Part shown: piece after piece, positions 37,334 to 49,519 of the stretch
Position numbering within the stretch: position 1 is the stretch's first letter
Layout: every line of letters starts with the position of its first letter
DNA from: Squalus acanthias
Lineage: Eukaryota
Assembly: GCA_030390025.1 (NCBI GenBank)
Contig: CM059438.1
Span: 68,760,001-68,824,000, forward strand
DNA length: 64,000 nt
Direction of reading: 5' to 3'
Notes under the pieces: generated by a model
What the model saw: only the letters and a program-made list of their open reading frames with translations
Database searches by the model: none
What the model was told of the DNA's origin: nothing
Translations under genes and position numbers: made by a program

Positions 37334-38060
37334 GGTGTCAGCCTTGGTTCAGTGGTAGTACTCTCACCTCATGGATTCAAGAGAGCATATAATCTAAGCT
37401 GAAACTTCAGTGCAGTACTGAGGAAGTGCTGCACTGTTCGAGGTGCCCTGTCTGCCCACTCTGGTAGATGTAAAAGATCCCATGGCACTATTTGAAGAAG
37501 AGCAGGGGAGTTCTCCTTGTGTCATAGTCATCAAGTAACATCAATAAAATAAATGTGGGGAAAAATTCGGTTGATTTGTGCCTCCCGTTAGTGCCCTAAG
37601 AGGGCGCTAACGGGGGGCGCAAAGCAACTAGCGCCTGGGCGCGGCGCTGCTAACGCCTCCCGCAAAATTTAATAAGGGGAGGAAGGCCTGCAGTACAGCG
37701 GCGCGACGTGCTGCAGAGCGTGGTGCTGCGGCATGTAGCGCCGCGATATTCATTCACAACGCCCCAAGAGGGAGGCGGGGCACTTCCAGTAGCACCCCGC
37801 CTCCCTTTTGGGGCGCTACCGGTGAATTTCAGGGCGCTAACTTTTTCAGGGCGCTAAAAATAGCGAAGTTAGCGCCCCAAAGGGGGCGCGACCCAATTTT
37901 TCCCCCATGATCTTGTAAGACCTTGCTATGTGCAATTGGCCGTCATGTTTCCCTACATTACAACAGTGGCTACATTTCAAAAGTACTTCATTGACTATGA
38001 AGCCTTTTGACACAATCTGAGGTTGTAAAAGGAGCTATATTAATGCAAGTTTTTTTCTTT
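37334..38060 (+). mobile_element. Decayed SacSINE1/DeuSINE copy interrupted by a MITE
   Basis: Head and Deu domain at 37334-37550; 3' part at 37910-38060. Confidence 0.75.
37556..37906. mobile_element. Harbinger MITE (351 bp)
   Basis: TIRs (T)GGGGAAAAATTCGG / CCCAATTTTTCCCCC, TSD ATG and GGCGCTAA-rich subterminal repeats. Confidence 0.9.
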
Positions 38061-38409
38061 TTTAAGGGTTTAATTACAGTGAGGAGAGAAATCTTTCCTA
38101 TGGAATTGCTTTTAATGTAACCAATTAGGAATCATTGACAGAAAGATAAAATATATAGAACGCTAACCACAAAATGATATTTCCAGTCATATTTAGTAAG
38201 AAATATTATACACATTTGATTTTCTATCTTCACAGCTCAGACTAGACCTTTGGAGATTCCAATGGTATCATTTGCAGTGGAAGAGGAAGCAGTAGAACCA
38301 CAATAACCAAGGCACCATCCAACATTACCAGTGAAGTGAAAAAGGCGCCACCACAAGCACAGTCCACAGAAACCCCACCATAATTTTGAGCATTTGAAAG
38401 GAAGCCTTG

Positions 38410-39134
38410 GGGGGAAAAATTGAGTCGCGCCCCCTTTGGGGCGCTAACTTCGCCAGGGCCCATAAAAATTAGTGCCCCCGTGCCGGAAATTGAGTGGTTG
38501 CACCCCAAGAGGGAAGCGGGGCGCGACTGGAAGCGCCCCGCATCCCTCTTGGGGCGCAGCGAGTCAATATCGTGGCGCTATGTGCCGCGGTATTGCAGGC
38601 CTTCCTCCCCTTCTTAAAGGGGAGGGGCCTTGTGCAGCGCAAACCGGGGCCCAGCTGGGCCCCCGGGGATCGGGAGTGCCGGCAAAAGAGCTCGGCACTC
38701 AAGAAGTGCCGGGCTCTTGGAGCGCAGCTGGCACTTTGCAGGGGGGGCTTCATGGGGGCCGGGGACAGCAATGGGGGCAGGTGCTGGCAGGTGGCCAGCA
38801 ACAAAAATGGCCGCCCGCCACCTCCCCTTTAACTAGCGCCGCCCCGGCCGCAGGTAGGCCCCCCTGACCCCGTCGGACAAAGCATCCAGCGGTAAGTCAA
38901 GGGGCGCTACCGAAGATCGCGGCCGGAGCGCGAGCGGGGCGCTGCGCACGGCGATGACGTCATCGCCGGCAGCGCAACGCCACAGGGTGCTACCGGTTAG
39001 CGCCGCCACTAACCTCCCACTGAATTTTGCGGGAGGCGTGGGCGGCGTCGCACCCGGGCGCTAGTTGCTTTGCGCCCTATTAGCGCCCTCTTAAGGCGCT
39101 AACGGGAGGCGCAAACCAACTGAATTTTTCCCCC
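38410..39134. mobile_element. Harbinger MITE (725 bp, CpG-rich), inserted in the 3' tail of a minus-strand SacSINE1 fragment (to about 39230)
   Basis: TIRs GGGGGAAAAATTGAGT / ACTGAATTTTTCCCCC and TSD TTG. The right end is nearly identical to 46880-46955. Confidence 0.9.
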
Positions 39135-41816
39135 TTGCATTTTTATAGCGCCTTTCATGACCTCAGGATGTCCCAAAGTGCTTTACAGCCAATGAAATAC
39201 TTTGGAGGAGTTGTGACTCTTGTAATTTGGTAGTGTCAGCGTCCGAAGGACTACAAGTGGTGGAGGTAGATGCAGCTTTATAATTCTTTGGTGATTCAAA
39301 GGTGTCGAGGCTACAGACCTGTGATTTAGGATGTCAAAATTTATGATTGGTTTCACTTGTCTTTCGTGAACGAAGTCTACTGCCTAAAAGCAGGCATTGG
39401 GGGCTGTTATATGTGGTAAATCATGCAGAACTGCAATCCATCTTGTCTGATGTCTTGAAGTGCACATCCATTGCAAGTGTAGCACTGGTGCAAAGTGGTT
39501 TCAGTTGACTCGGCAGTGTAATTCCAGTATTGGGACCTGACCTGAGCCATCATTGCAGTTTGTCTTGGCTTGAAACAAGCTTGGCCTTCTTTGCCTTTTT
39601 ACTTCAAATCCAGTAAGATGGAAGCGTTGAAACTGATCCCCACAGCTTTAATTGGAATGTCAGGAAGATGAAAGGCTCAGGCTAGATTTAAGAGATTGCT
39701 TCCCGACTGGCAAAAACAGGAGTGCCTTTTACCACCCATTTTAAATAGCGGATTTAGCGCTGGTAGGGGGATTCCACAGGAAATCAAGAGCTGCATCACA
39801 AATGCCTTCACTTGTAAAGATTTTCTTTATCTAACAAAGCTCTTGCACGTTTTATGTCAGAACAAGAAATGCTACTGGGAAACTAGGTCATTGATGTTCC
39901 ATGGTTAGAACTCTGAGCAGAGAGCTGACCAGTTTCAGAACTCACTATTTTCTAGCCCCCACATATCCATTTACTGTCAGTGGGACCATCTCTGCTGGGT
40001 AGAATATCTGCCCGCGTAACTCTCACACATGGTATTGGCAATAAATCCTGAACTTCTCTGTAACGTTCCACTATTTTACTTTCATCACCAGCCATATCAC
40101 ATGTAACCATTGTTATATACATAAACAGCTTTATCATCGATCACGGTAGTAAGTATTGCGACCTAAAGTGTCTCTTTTCTACAACACCTGTAGTGAGCTC
40201 ATAATTCACCAACATTTACTTAAACATCTTCCAGTGAGTATTGGGAGAGGTTTCCAATTGGGAGCTGTAATTTTCAGATCATGATGATTCTTTCACCATC
40301 ATTTCAGTCACCATGTGATGCCTTCTATTCATAATGAACTCCACAGCTTCTGGTGACTTCTTTATTTATGAGCTTCACAAAACATACAACTTCAACACTC
40401 CCTGAGGGCTGGGTTAATCCACTTGTATACTTTAACCAATTAGATGCGATGGTCTACTTTATTCAAGAAGCTACAAAGAACATAATGATCCCTCGTGTCT
40501 CATCCACTCTAATCTATGCATTAGACAAATATTACTACAGTGGAGACAGGAATACTAAGACTTGCAAGGCTCCATTAATGGCTTACTTATGTACTGGTAG
40601 TCCTGTTTGGCAGAATATTGTTCACTTTTCTCATCATGGATCAAGGTTTGCAGTCTGCTCTGGATTTAGTTTAAGTGAAAATTGGGATGGATTTATAACC
40701 TTTATTGTACATTGCCTTTGTTAATGTAAAGGCTGATGTCTTGTTCACGTAATAAGACACAGTCTCATCTATGATGTAATCATGTTAGTCTTAAGAGTTT
40801 TGCGATATAAAGTTATTGAGCAACATAGTTACTCAATTTTGCGTCCCAGGCACAAGCATCAATGGGGCATCTAGGAGCTTGGTGAACGACGGGACCAGCA
40901 GTGTATCTCCTTAACCAATGAGTTTTAAGGATTGACAAAGAAGCAGAGGAACTGGGATGTGCAAAATAGGAATTAGAGTTAAATCATGTACAGAAAGATA
41001 AATAAAGAGAGGGAAAAAAGATTGGATAAAGAGAGAGAAAAAGGAGAAGTAAGAAAAAAATTAAAACATTTTAAATTTTAACTATCACTAAGAACCATTT
41101 ACTACCTACAGAAATGAGACTCCACAGTTTCAATTGTTTCCTTTCTGGGCTGGAAAGGTTGAGTGGCATTGCAGGAATATAAATCTCATCACGAAAAAGG
41201 TCCTTACACTGTTAAGTACCAGCCCTAACTTTCTGCGGCTAGTTTAATTAGTAATTACTGCACAAATGCAGCATATTCTTGAAACTCACGGTGAGGTTGA
41301 CAGCGAGCTGCCGTTCTCGTGAGGCCAATGGCGGAGTGGCGCTAATCGTCTCGCAATTTGTGGCGATTCGCAACCCATGGCTTGTCTCTTCCTTCTAGCT
41401 CTCACTTCCAGCAATTGGCGACACAAAAAATATTTTCAAGCTAAAGGTTGAGGGAAAAGTCTAACTAACAGGGCATGCCACAAGATGCCCCCTGCTCCAG
41501 CAAACCCCGGGTCCCTGGGAATGGCCAATCCCATGTTAATGATCATCCTCTGCAACATTACGTACATCGAAGTTGGGAGGTTAGGAATTTCCAAGGCACA
41601 GACTTGAACAAGGCGCACCTCACAAATGTGATGATTTTGACTTACAGTTTTCTGAATTGAGAATGACATTCCCGATTTTGCCATTCTATTTTTATCCCAT
41701 TTTGAAAAGAATTCAGCATCCAGTGGGCAGCAGTTTTTTAACAAACTTACTAGAGAGGTAGTGTTACTTAGTGAGAGCTCTCGATTATTTCCATCATATG
41801 CTCCTGCTAGAGGTGA

Positions 41817-42140
41817 TGATGTTTCCCCTGGCTGGGGAGTCTAGAACCAGGGGTCACAATCTCAGAATAAGGGGTCAGCTATTTAGGACTGAGATGAGGA
41901 GAAATTTCTTCACTCAGAGGGTGGTGAATCTTTGGAATTCTCTACCCCAGAGGGCTGTGGAGGCTCAGTCGTTGAGTATATTCAAGACAGAGATCGCTAG
42001 ATTTTTGAATATTAAGGGAATCAAGTGATATGGGGATAGTGCAGGAAAGTGGAGTTGAGGTGGAAGATCAGCCATGATCTTATTGAATGGCAGAGCAGGC
42101 TCGAGGGGCCAAATGGCTGACTCCTGCTCCTATTTCTTAA
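41817..42140 (+). mobile_element. CR1 3' fragment
   Basis: MFPLAGESRTRGHNLRIRG…NFFTQRVVNLWNSLP, the same subfamily as copy B. Confidence 0.95.
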
Positions 42141-42544
42141 GTGACTTATTCATTTAGGTGAAGAATTGATGATTTATTTGTTTTCCATTAATTATTTATT
42201 GATTTTAAAATCAACACTCTTGGTTGTTTCTGTTACTATGAACTCCCTTTATCATTTATTGAAATCAGGAAATATGAATTGATTAAGTCATTTCAAGTTT
42301 CAATTGATTATTAATAGTAAGAATGTGCTTATTCAAGAATTCACAGCTATATAGCTAGTAATCATTAGCAACTGCAATTTATACAATCTTGTACTGATTT
42401 ATTGATATATTACCCACAGCATTCTAATAAGTAAAGGTGACTTGAAATATTATTGATTCAGTTAATGAGTTGATGGAAACAAGAGATGTCTCATTTACTG
42501 GAATGACTGCCCAAGGTAAATTGTGGATATGGAATGTATTCAAT

Positions 42545-42897
42545 GACAACAACGTCTTGCATTTATATAGCGCCTTTCAAATAGTAAAACGTTTCAAGGC
42601 GCTACACAGGAGCATTATCAGACAAAATTTGACAGCAAATCAAAGAGGGAGATATTAGAATCATAGAAATTTACGGAACAGAAGGAGGCCATTCGGCCCA
42701 TCGTGTCTGTGCTGGCTGAAAAAGAGCTATCCAGACAAATCCCACTTTCCAGCTCTTGGTCCATAGCCCTGTAGGTTACGGCACTTCAAGTGCATATCCA
42801 AGTAGGACAGGTGACTATAATCTTGGCCAAAGAGGTATGTTTTAAGGAGCGTCTTAAAGAGGAGAGAGAGGCGGAAAGGGTTAGAAAGGGAATTTCA
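42545..42897 (-). mobile_element. L2 3' end interrupted by a CR1 tail fragment (42656-42802)
   Basis: CTTGCATTTATATAGCGCCTTT terminus. L2 sequence resumes at about 42803. The internal piece starts with a TAGAATCATAGAA tail. Confidence 0.7.
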
Positions 42898-43270
42898 GTA
42901 CTCGTGTGTTTGAACCAAGGTAAACTGGGGACCGTGGTCCTTAGGTTACCTATTAGTTATGGTTTAGATGAAATATGGGGGGAAGAATTCAGTATCGCCC
43001 CATTTAGGGTGCAATCATTGGCCGGGCACAAAGATTAGCCTCCGACTGCAAACTTGACTTTTATCGCCCCTGGAGGTGATTGGAGTGCTAAATCAGGCGC
43101 TACACATCTGTCTTAAGGCGCAAAGGCCGAGGAGCAAGGCGCTAACTCAGAGCGCGGGCGCAGCGCAGGTGCTGTCAGTTATCGATCTTGCTCTCCAGCC
43201 ACACCCTGCTCATTGGAGCCTTGAATCTCGGCCTGGAGAGACCTGTGCCTAAATCTTCCAGCCAAGGACT

Positions 43271-45022
43271 ATGGAGAGGGTGAGAGAACGAGCTCAGCGC
43301 TTCAGCGACCGGGCCTTGGCGGCTCTGGTTGGCGCGGTGGAGCGCAGAAAATCTATACTCTTCCCTGAGAGTGGCAGAAGGCCTTTGCCGCGTGAGTACA
43401 GAAGAGTGTGGAGGGAGGTGGCTCAGAGCGTCTCCTCCAGGAGCATGGTGCCCAGGACCCATACTCAATGTCGAAAAAAGTTCAATGACCTCACTCAGGT
43501 CGTCAGGGTGAGTGGCTTTTTTTCAATACCTCTCCATCCCTCCATCTCAACCTCACTCTATGGCCAGAGGGTCTTAAAACCCCAATGCCCAACACTCATC
43601 CAACACCTATGGCCCTCTCATGAAACACACATGCACATTCCACACTTTGCATACAGTAAGGGCTATTCACCTATGGGAGGCACATCAGGCAAGACCGTGG
43701 CTGTATATTTACTCAGACGCCGTCCTTTTTCTTGCAGGCCAAGCTATCTCATAATAGGAGACAGCAGCAACGGACGGGTGGAGGGCGGCCTCAGCTACAA
43801 CCCCTCAGTGATCTTGAGGCGCGCGTCCACAGGATTGTGGCAAGCCGGGTGATCGGTCCCGTCGCCACTGGAGACGCCGACCCCGTTCTGGACAGCAATG
43901 GTAAGGTCATCACCTTTTTGTCCTCTCTCCTTCCACTTGTCCCTTTCAACACCAGCCTTTGACACTTTCAATCCAACTTACTAAATCGCTGCACTCATTC
44001 CTCCCTTACTGCCCCCCTGTCCTCACGCTAAAGCCACTCTTGTACCTCCCTGCTTTCAGATGGTGATTCACCAGCTGAGGAGATGGGCCCTCAAGCTGCC
44101 AGTGGGAGTGAAGCTGCAGGCGAGGAGGAAGAGGAAGCTGGAGCATCAGCACCACCCTCTCCCGAGGAAGCCCATGCCCACACTGGGAACACGCCTTCCC
44201 TGGAGGGGAGCAGGGGAGAAGGGTCTGATGAGGGTGAAGCTCCAGGACCCAGCGGGCTGCAGCAACGCGATGGGGGTAGGGAAGCTCGGGGGCCTTCTCC
44301 CCGGAGGGAGAGTATGCCAGCGAGTCCTACTGCACTGGACGCAGAGGAGGATCAGCTGATCGCTGAAATGAACACCCAGGCGATAGACATGCACACTGAG
44401 CTCATTGGTGCAGTGGGAAGGGTGCCCGAATGCATTGAATCACTGGCAAGGAGTGAGGAGCACTTTGCTGTAGCACAGGCGGATGCCACGCTAATGTTTA
44501 GTGCTGCAATTCAGTCACTGGCTGCCATGACCCCATCTCTGACTGCTCTCATGCAGACTCAGATTGAGGCCATGCGAGCACTGACTGCTGCCATCCTCAC
44601 TGGTTCGGACACCTTTCCCCAGGGCTCTCACCGCGCCGCAGCAGGCCAGCAATCTGTGCTCCAGCAGATTGCTCCGGATGCTGACGTGCTGCCCCATGGG
44701 AGTGCCAGTGTGTCGGTCGAGCAGGGAGTTGCTGTCCTCTCAAGATGACAGCATTCCTGCTGCCACCACTGTCACTTCTCCACTGCACTTGCCACCGCCT
44801 GTAGGACAGACTGCTGCTGCCCATGCAGAGTTGGTGCAGTCTGCAGCCGGGCCCTCCAGGCCCAGAGCTGGTCGAGGCCGTCCTTCAAGGGCATCTGCAG
44901 TCTCAGGTTCTCACAATCAGCAGCCTTCAACCAGCCTTGCTGCAGCCACTGGAGGAGCAGTAGGGTGGCAAGGGGGTGAAGTACGCAAGGGAAGGAGATC
45001 ACCCTCGAAGGGCAAAAAGTAG
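43271..45022 (+). pseudogene. Harbinger Myb/SANT-like DNA-binding protein, 3 exons (43271-43507, 43738-43900, 44060-44748/45022)
   Basis: RAQRFSDRAL…WREVAQSV…RTHTQCRKKFNDL trihelix motif. GTGAGT/TTGCAG and GTAAGG/TTTCAG introns keep the frame and give 362 aa to the stop at 44748. Comparison with the related copy (AVLPQDDSI) suggests a 1-nt deletion near 44740 and an original stop at 45022. Confidence 0.85.
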
Positions 45023-45325
45023 GAGGTGTGACAAAATGTTCAGTTTTTTATTAAAGGCCGAGGTTCGTGGTCAAACTTTTGTTTAGTGTTTTGGACATTA
45101 TCTCCAGGTTGTGAGAACCAGTTATGTTAATGACTGTTTTTTTGTGTTTCTTTCTATTAGTTTGTCATGAGGAAATGACACACAAACAGTTTGTAAAATA
45201 ACTTAAGTTTTTGTATTCAAAATGTACATGTTTGGTCTTTGGAATCATTGCTGCCTTGGCCGGCTTAGGGGTTGCGGGTTGTTCATGTTGTTCTCAATGG
45301 CAGAAGCCATTTCCTCAGCAGGGAC

Positions 45326-46468
45326 CTAGAAGCGGCTTGCTATCAGCCGTTGACGGATGGCCCTTCCAGCTTCTACATTGTGGGCCTCCCTCCCACCTTG
45401 GTGCTGCTGATGATCATCCTCCTCCTCCTCCTCCTCCGGTGGTGCTCCAAGGCCTGGTGGCATTGGCTGGGTCCTGAGGATTGCCAGGTAATGCAGCATG
45501 CAGCACACAACTACGAAGAGGGAGACTCGCTCAGGCGAGTACTGCAGGGCTCCTCCTGAGTGATCCAGACAGCGGAACCGTTGCTTGAGCACGCCGATTG
45601 TGTGCTCAACGATGTTCCTGGTAGCTAGATGGCTCTCGTTGTATCACAGCTCAGCAGGGGTGTTGGGCGTACGGAGCGGTGTCATCAGCCAGGTGCACAG
45701 TGGATAACCCTTGTCCACGAGAAGCCAACCAACTGGCTGATGTGGTGCCTGAAAAAGTTCTGCCACAGCAGTCTGGCACAGGATGAATGCATCGTGGCAG
45801 CTGCCAGGATAGTGGACATTGACAGCGAGTATCAGCTGTCTGTGGTCACAGACCAACTGAACGTTTAAGGAATGGAACCCCTTTCTGTTGCAGAAATCCT
45901 CGGCATTCTCATGCGGAGCACGCAAAGCCACATGCATGCAGTCAATGGCGCCCTGCACCGTGGGGAAGCCCGCTATCCTAGCAAAGCCCATTGCGCGTTC
46001 TTGCTGCTTGTCCGGGGTCATGGGGAAAGAGATGTACTCTCGTCTCCTTTTATAGAGGGCATTCGTGATCTGACGGATGCAGCAATGCACCGCGAACTGG
46101 GCGATATTGGCGATGTCCCCAGTAGCTGATTGAAATGAGCCGGTGGCATAAAAGTTCAGAGCCACTGTGATCTTCACTGCCACCGACAGAGACGTCCTGG
46201 ACCTCAGTTGAGGCTGCAGATCTGGCTGCAGCAGGTGGCAGAGCTCAGTGACCACCTCCTTGCTGAAGGGCAGCCTTCACAAACACTGCTCCTCAGACAT
46301 ATGAATGTAGGAGAACTGTTGGCGAAATACCCTGGGCGGGTAAGGTCTCCTGTACTGAGGCCTGTTGGCCCTCCTCCGTCTGGCCATGATTGCCACTCTC
46401 TCTCTGCGTCTCTGTGTCCTCCGATTCTGGTGGCGCAGGACGACGCCCCCAATCAGTGCAGCCCCCAC
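45326..46468 (-). pseudogene. Harbinger DDE transposase, single frame with two premature TGA codons
   Basis: ORFs 46277-46537, 45644-46255 and 45326-45592 are in one frame. Motifs GAIDCMH, PGSCHDAFI, LVDKGY, RNIVEHTIG and CCMLH. Stops at 46277-46279 and 45644-45646. Confidence 0.95.
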
Positions 46469-47238
46469 AGTCTCTTGGCAATCAAAGTTATGAAGGTCAA
46501 AAACCAAAGTACCTGCAAAGTTATGATCAGTAGTCAAAACTACCTCACACAGCGTTGACTCAATGCAGAAGTCTCTCTCTCTCTCTCTCTCTCAGAACGA
46601 GTGGTGCAAAAATGTCTACCACAGAGAAAGACAGGAAGAGGCCCCCTTTAAATAATAGCCCCACAGCAACTGGGGAGTGTTCCAGTCTTCCTGCCGTTGG
46701 TTGCGCCAGACGGAAAGGATGGGGGTGCCACTCCATTTCCGCTCCGGGGCGCCACAAGGGCGTTGCACCCTCGTATGACGTCAAGAGCTGCGTGCGCAGG
46801 AGATCGGGGTGGTATTGTTTAGCGCCGCCACAAAATGTCTAGTTAATTTCGCGAGCGGCGCAAACATCGCCGCGCCCGGGCGCTAGTTGCTTTGCGCCCC
46901 ATTAGCGCCCTCTTAAGGCGCTAACAGGAGGCACAACCAACTGAATTTTTCCCCCATGGTGCCTAAGTCTGCACAAATTTCTCATGGTTGGCCTTAACAA
47001 GCAACCTCTATTTTTTATTCTTCACATTAATTTCCATTAACACCTTTTAAGACTGAAGCTATAACATCAGGGCAAACAGATAGTAGGTCTGTGGCCTCTT
47101 TCCACCAGCCTTGCCCCCGATTTGCGTGTATTTCTTTCTTTCTCAACATTAACACACAGAGGGAAATATCCACCTTAACGATTAAATGTAAATGAAAATA
47201 AGCTCGCGTTACGCTGTGTCTGAAAGTTACCACACTGT

Positions 47239-48131
47239 GGGGTAAAAATTCACTTGGTTGCGCCACCCGTTAGCGCCTTAAGAGGGCGCTAATGGGGCGC
47301 AAAGCCGCTAACGCCCGGGCGCAGCGATGTTTGCGCCGCTCGAGAACTTAACTTGAGATTGTGCGGCGGCGCTAAAACTTACCGCTGCGACCACCTGCGC
47401 GCGCAGATTGTGACGTCATTCCATGGTGCAACGCCCTTGGGGCGCCCTGTAGCGGAAATTGAGTGGCGCCCCCTGCCTTACCGCCTGGCGCATCCAACGA
47501 CCAGAAGACTGGAACGCTATCAATCGCTGTGGGGCTGGGGGGGACGCTATTTAAAGGGGGCCTCTTCCTGTCTTTTATTGTTGGTGGCATTTTTGAACTA
47601 CGCATTCTGAGAGAGAGAGGGAGAGACTTCTGGAGAGATTCAACGTTGTGTGAAGGAGTTTTGGGTACTGAGCAGCACTTTGCAGGTTCATTTTGATTTG
47701 CCATTCCTTGTATCGATTTAGCAGAGACCGTGGGAGCTGCACTCTGAGCTCTTTGCCTGGTGCTCTCCATTGTTCTTTCCAGCACATTTGATGTGCAAGT
47801 CTCTCCAGGCCGAGATTCAAGGCAGCAATGAACAGGATGTGGATGGAAAGCAAGATTAACCATCCCCTTTAAGAACTGGCCCGTGCCATTGTGTGTGTGT
47901 TCCATTGCTGACTGACATTACATGAGCTTCGCCAGCGCTCCGAGTTAGTGCCTCACTGCTCGGCCTTTGCGCCTTAAGAGAGGTGTGCAGCGCCTGCTTT
48001 AGCGCTCCACTCACCTCCCGGGGCGGTAAAAGTGAAGTTTCCCGTCAGTGCCGATAATTAGCGCCAGGCGCTAATATTTGCGTCCGGACGATATTTGCGC
48101 CCCAAATGGGGCGCGACCTAATTTCTACCCC
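47239..48131. mobile_element. Internally deleted derivative of the 42978-46955 Harbinger family
   Basis: TIRs GGGGTAAAAATT / AATTTCTACCCC and TSD TGT. The left part resembles 63378-63750 and the reverse complement of 46560-46955. The right part resembles the reverse complement of 42978-43300. Confidence 0.9.
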
Positions 48132-49519
48132 TGTTACTTTATAATCTTCGACAGCAGTTATCTTGTATCATGTTAGAACAGTACATGTAGAGTGTGATAT
48201 GCAGTCAGCAGACCAGTTAATATACCCACTGCATATCCAACAGATACTTGTAATGATACGAATAAAGCTGATTAGTGCTACCCATTGATTAATGATAGGT
48301 TTTAAAGATATATTAAAAAAAAGCATCATGTGCTTTGAGAGGAGAGCTAACAGTTTGAAATAAAGCATGAGACATGCTGTAGAGTGTTCTTCTGAGTGTT
48401 GTTAAAATAGACTCCGAGCTATCACAGCGCTGAGGTCAGCGACGAAACTGCACATGCGTGATTGGAAGAATGCGCAGAGCCATGCATCCCAGGCACAGGC
48501 AGACACATCTGCTTTCTCAGAACACCATAAAGAATCCATGCAAAGTTTGAAGAGTTTCCAGCAGGTTTGTTGGGCTGCCTGGGTGCTTCTAAGCTCTGCT
48601 CTGCACTGGGCAGCAGTCTCCTGGACTGGGCCTGATGCCGCTTGGCTTTGGTGCACTTGAGGGTCCGATCCCCACCCGATTGCTGAGTTTTCCTGTTCTT
48701 CCGACATTGATGCCAAGTGGTTTTGGATGCAAACGGAGCAGCGTCACTCCACAGTTAGAATGACCCTTCCTAATACAACTTTCTCAAAATGTAATTTTGG
48801 TAAACTTCTAAGATATAAACCTCTGAAGGAGATAAAGAGAATTATACAGAAGATTATGATATCAAACCAGCTTAAAACACTCCAATCTTGCATTTTTGAT
48901 TTTGTGCAGAACTGCTTCACAATCCTTTTTATTACCTTTGGTATTAAAAATTCCCAGATAATTTTCTGCAGATTTGTTGAGCTCAAGGACAACAGAAACA
49001 GATAGAAGCAGGAAACAGATTATTATTTTATAAGGAGCTTAAAGCAAGATATTATTAATTTATGGTATACTGCACTCCTTCTGCATCAATAAAAATGTTC
49101 AAATGAAACAAGCTATATTAACACATTTTCCTTTGAAAAGTAGACAATGAAAATGAGATATTGGGAAATGAAAATAACTTACTGTACAATTTAAATATGC
49201 TTTGCAGTGCGTAATGCAACACATACATTATGCAATGATGTGCTGGAAAGCATGATAATTCAAATGGATTAAGATATGTTACTCAGCCCCAGTGTAATAA
49301 AGGAATCTGGAAGTTAATACTGTGTCATTATTTCTGTCCCTCAGTCCTCATTAATTATGAATGTTGATTGTACTTAGAATATATCATACTAAATATATTA
49401 AGTTGATAAAATGAGACCTACTACTTTATTTTTTTCAAGGAGAAGAGGCAGTGGAGCCAATTCTATTCCTCTTGGGTATAGGGTCACAAACTTCAATTAT
49501 TCCCTATTCCAGAATGGGG

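Larger units (their letters stand above)
42978..46955. mobile_element. Full-length PIF/Harbinger transposon (3978 bp) with two convergent genes
   Basis: TIRs GGGGGAAGAATTCAGT / ACTGAATTTTTCCCCC and TSD ATG (42975-42977, 46956-46958). Myb-like gene on + and transposase on -. Confidence 0.95.

Noticed and set aside
38235..38383. Possible exon (DSNGIICSGRG resembles integrin/EGF-like motifs)
   Set aside because: The downstream cysteines are missing, the frame ends in a stop, and no partner exons are seen.
38410..39134. CpG-island promoter with overlapping GC-rich ORFs
   Set aside because: The GC-rich block is bounded exactly by TIRs and a TTG TSD, so it is a MITE.
48402..48716. Overlapping short ORFs or possible exon
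   Set aside because: No recognisable homology and only weak splice signals, so it cannot be supported.
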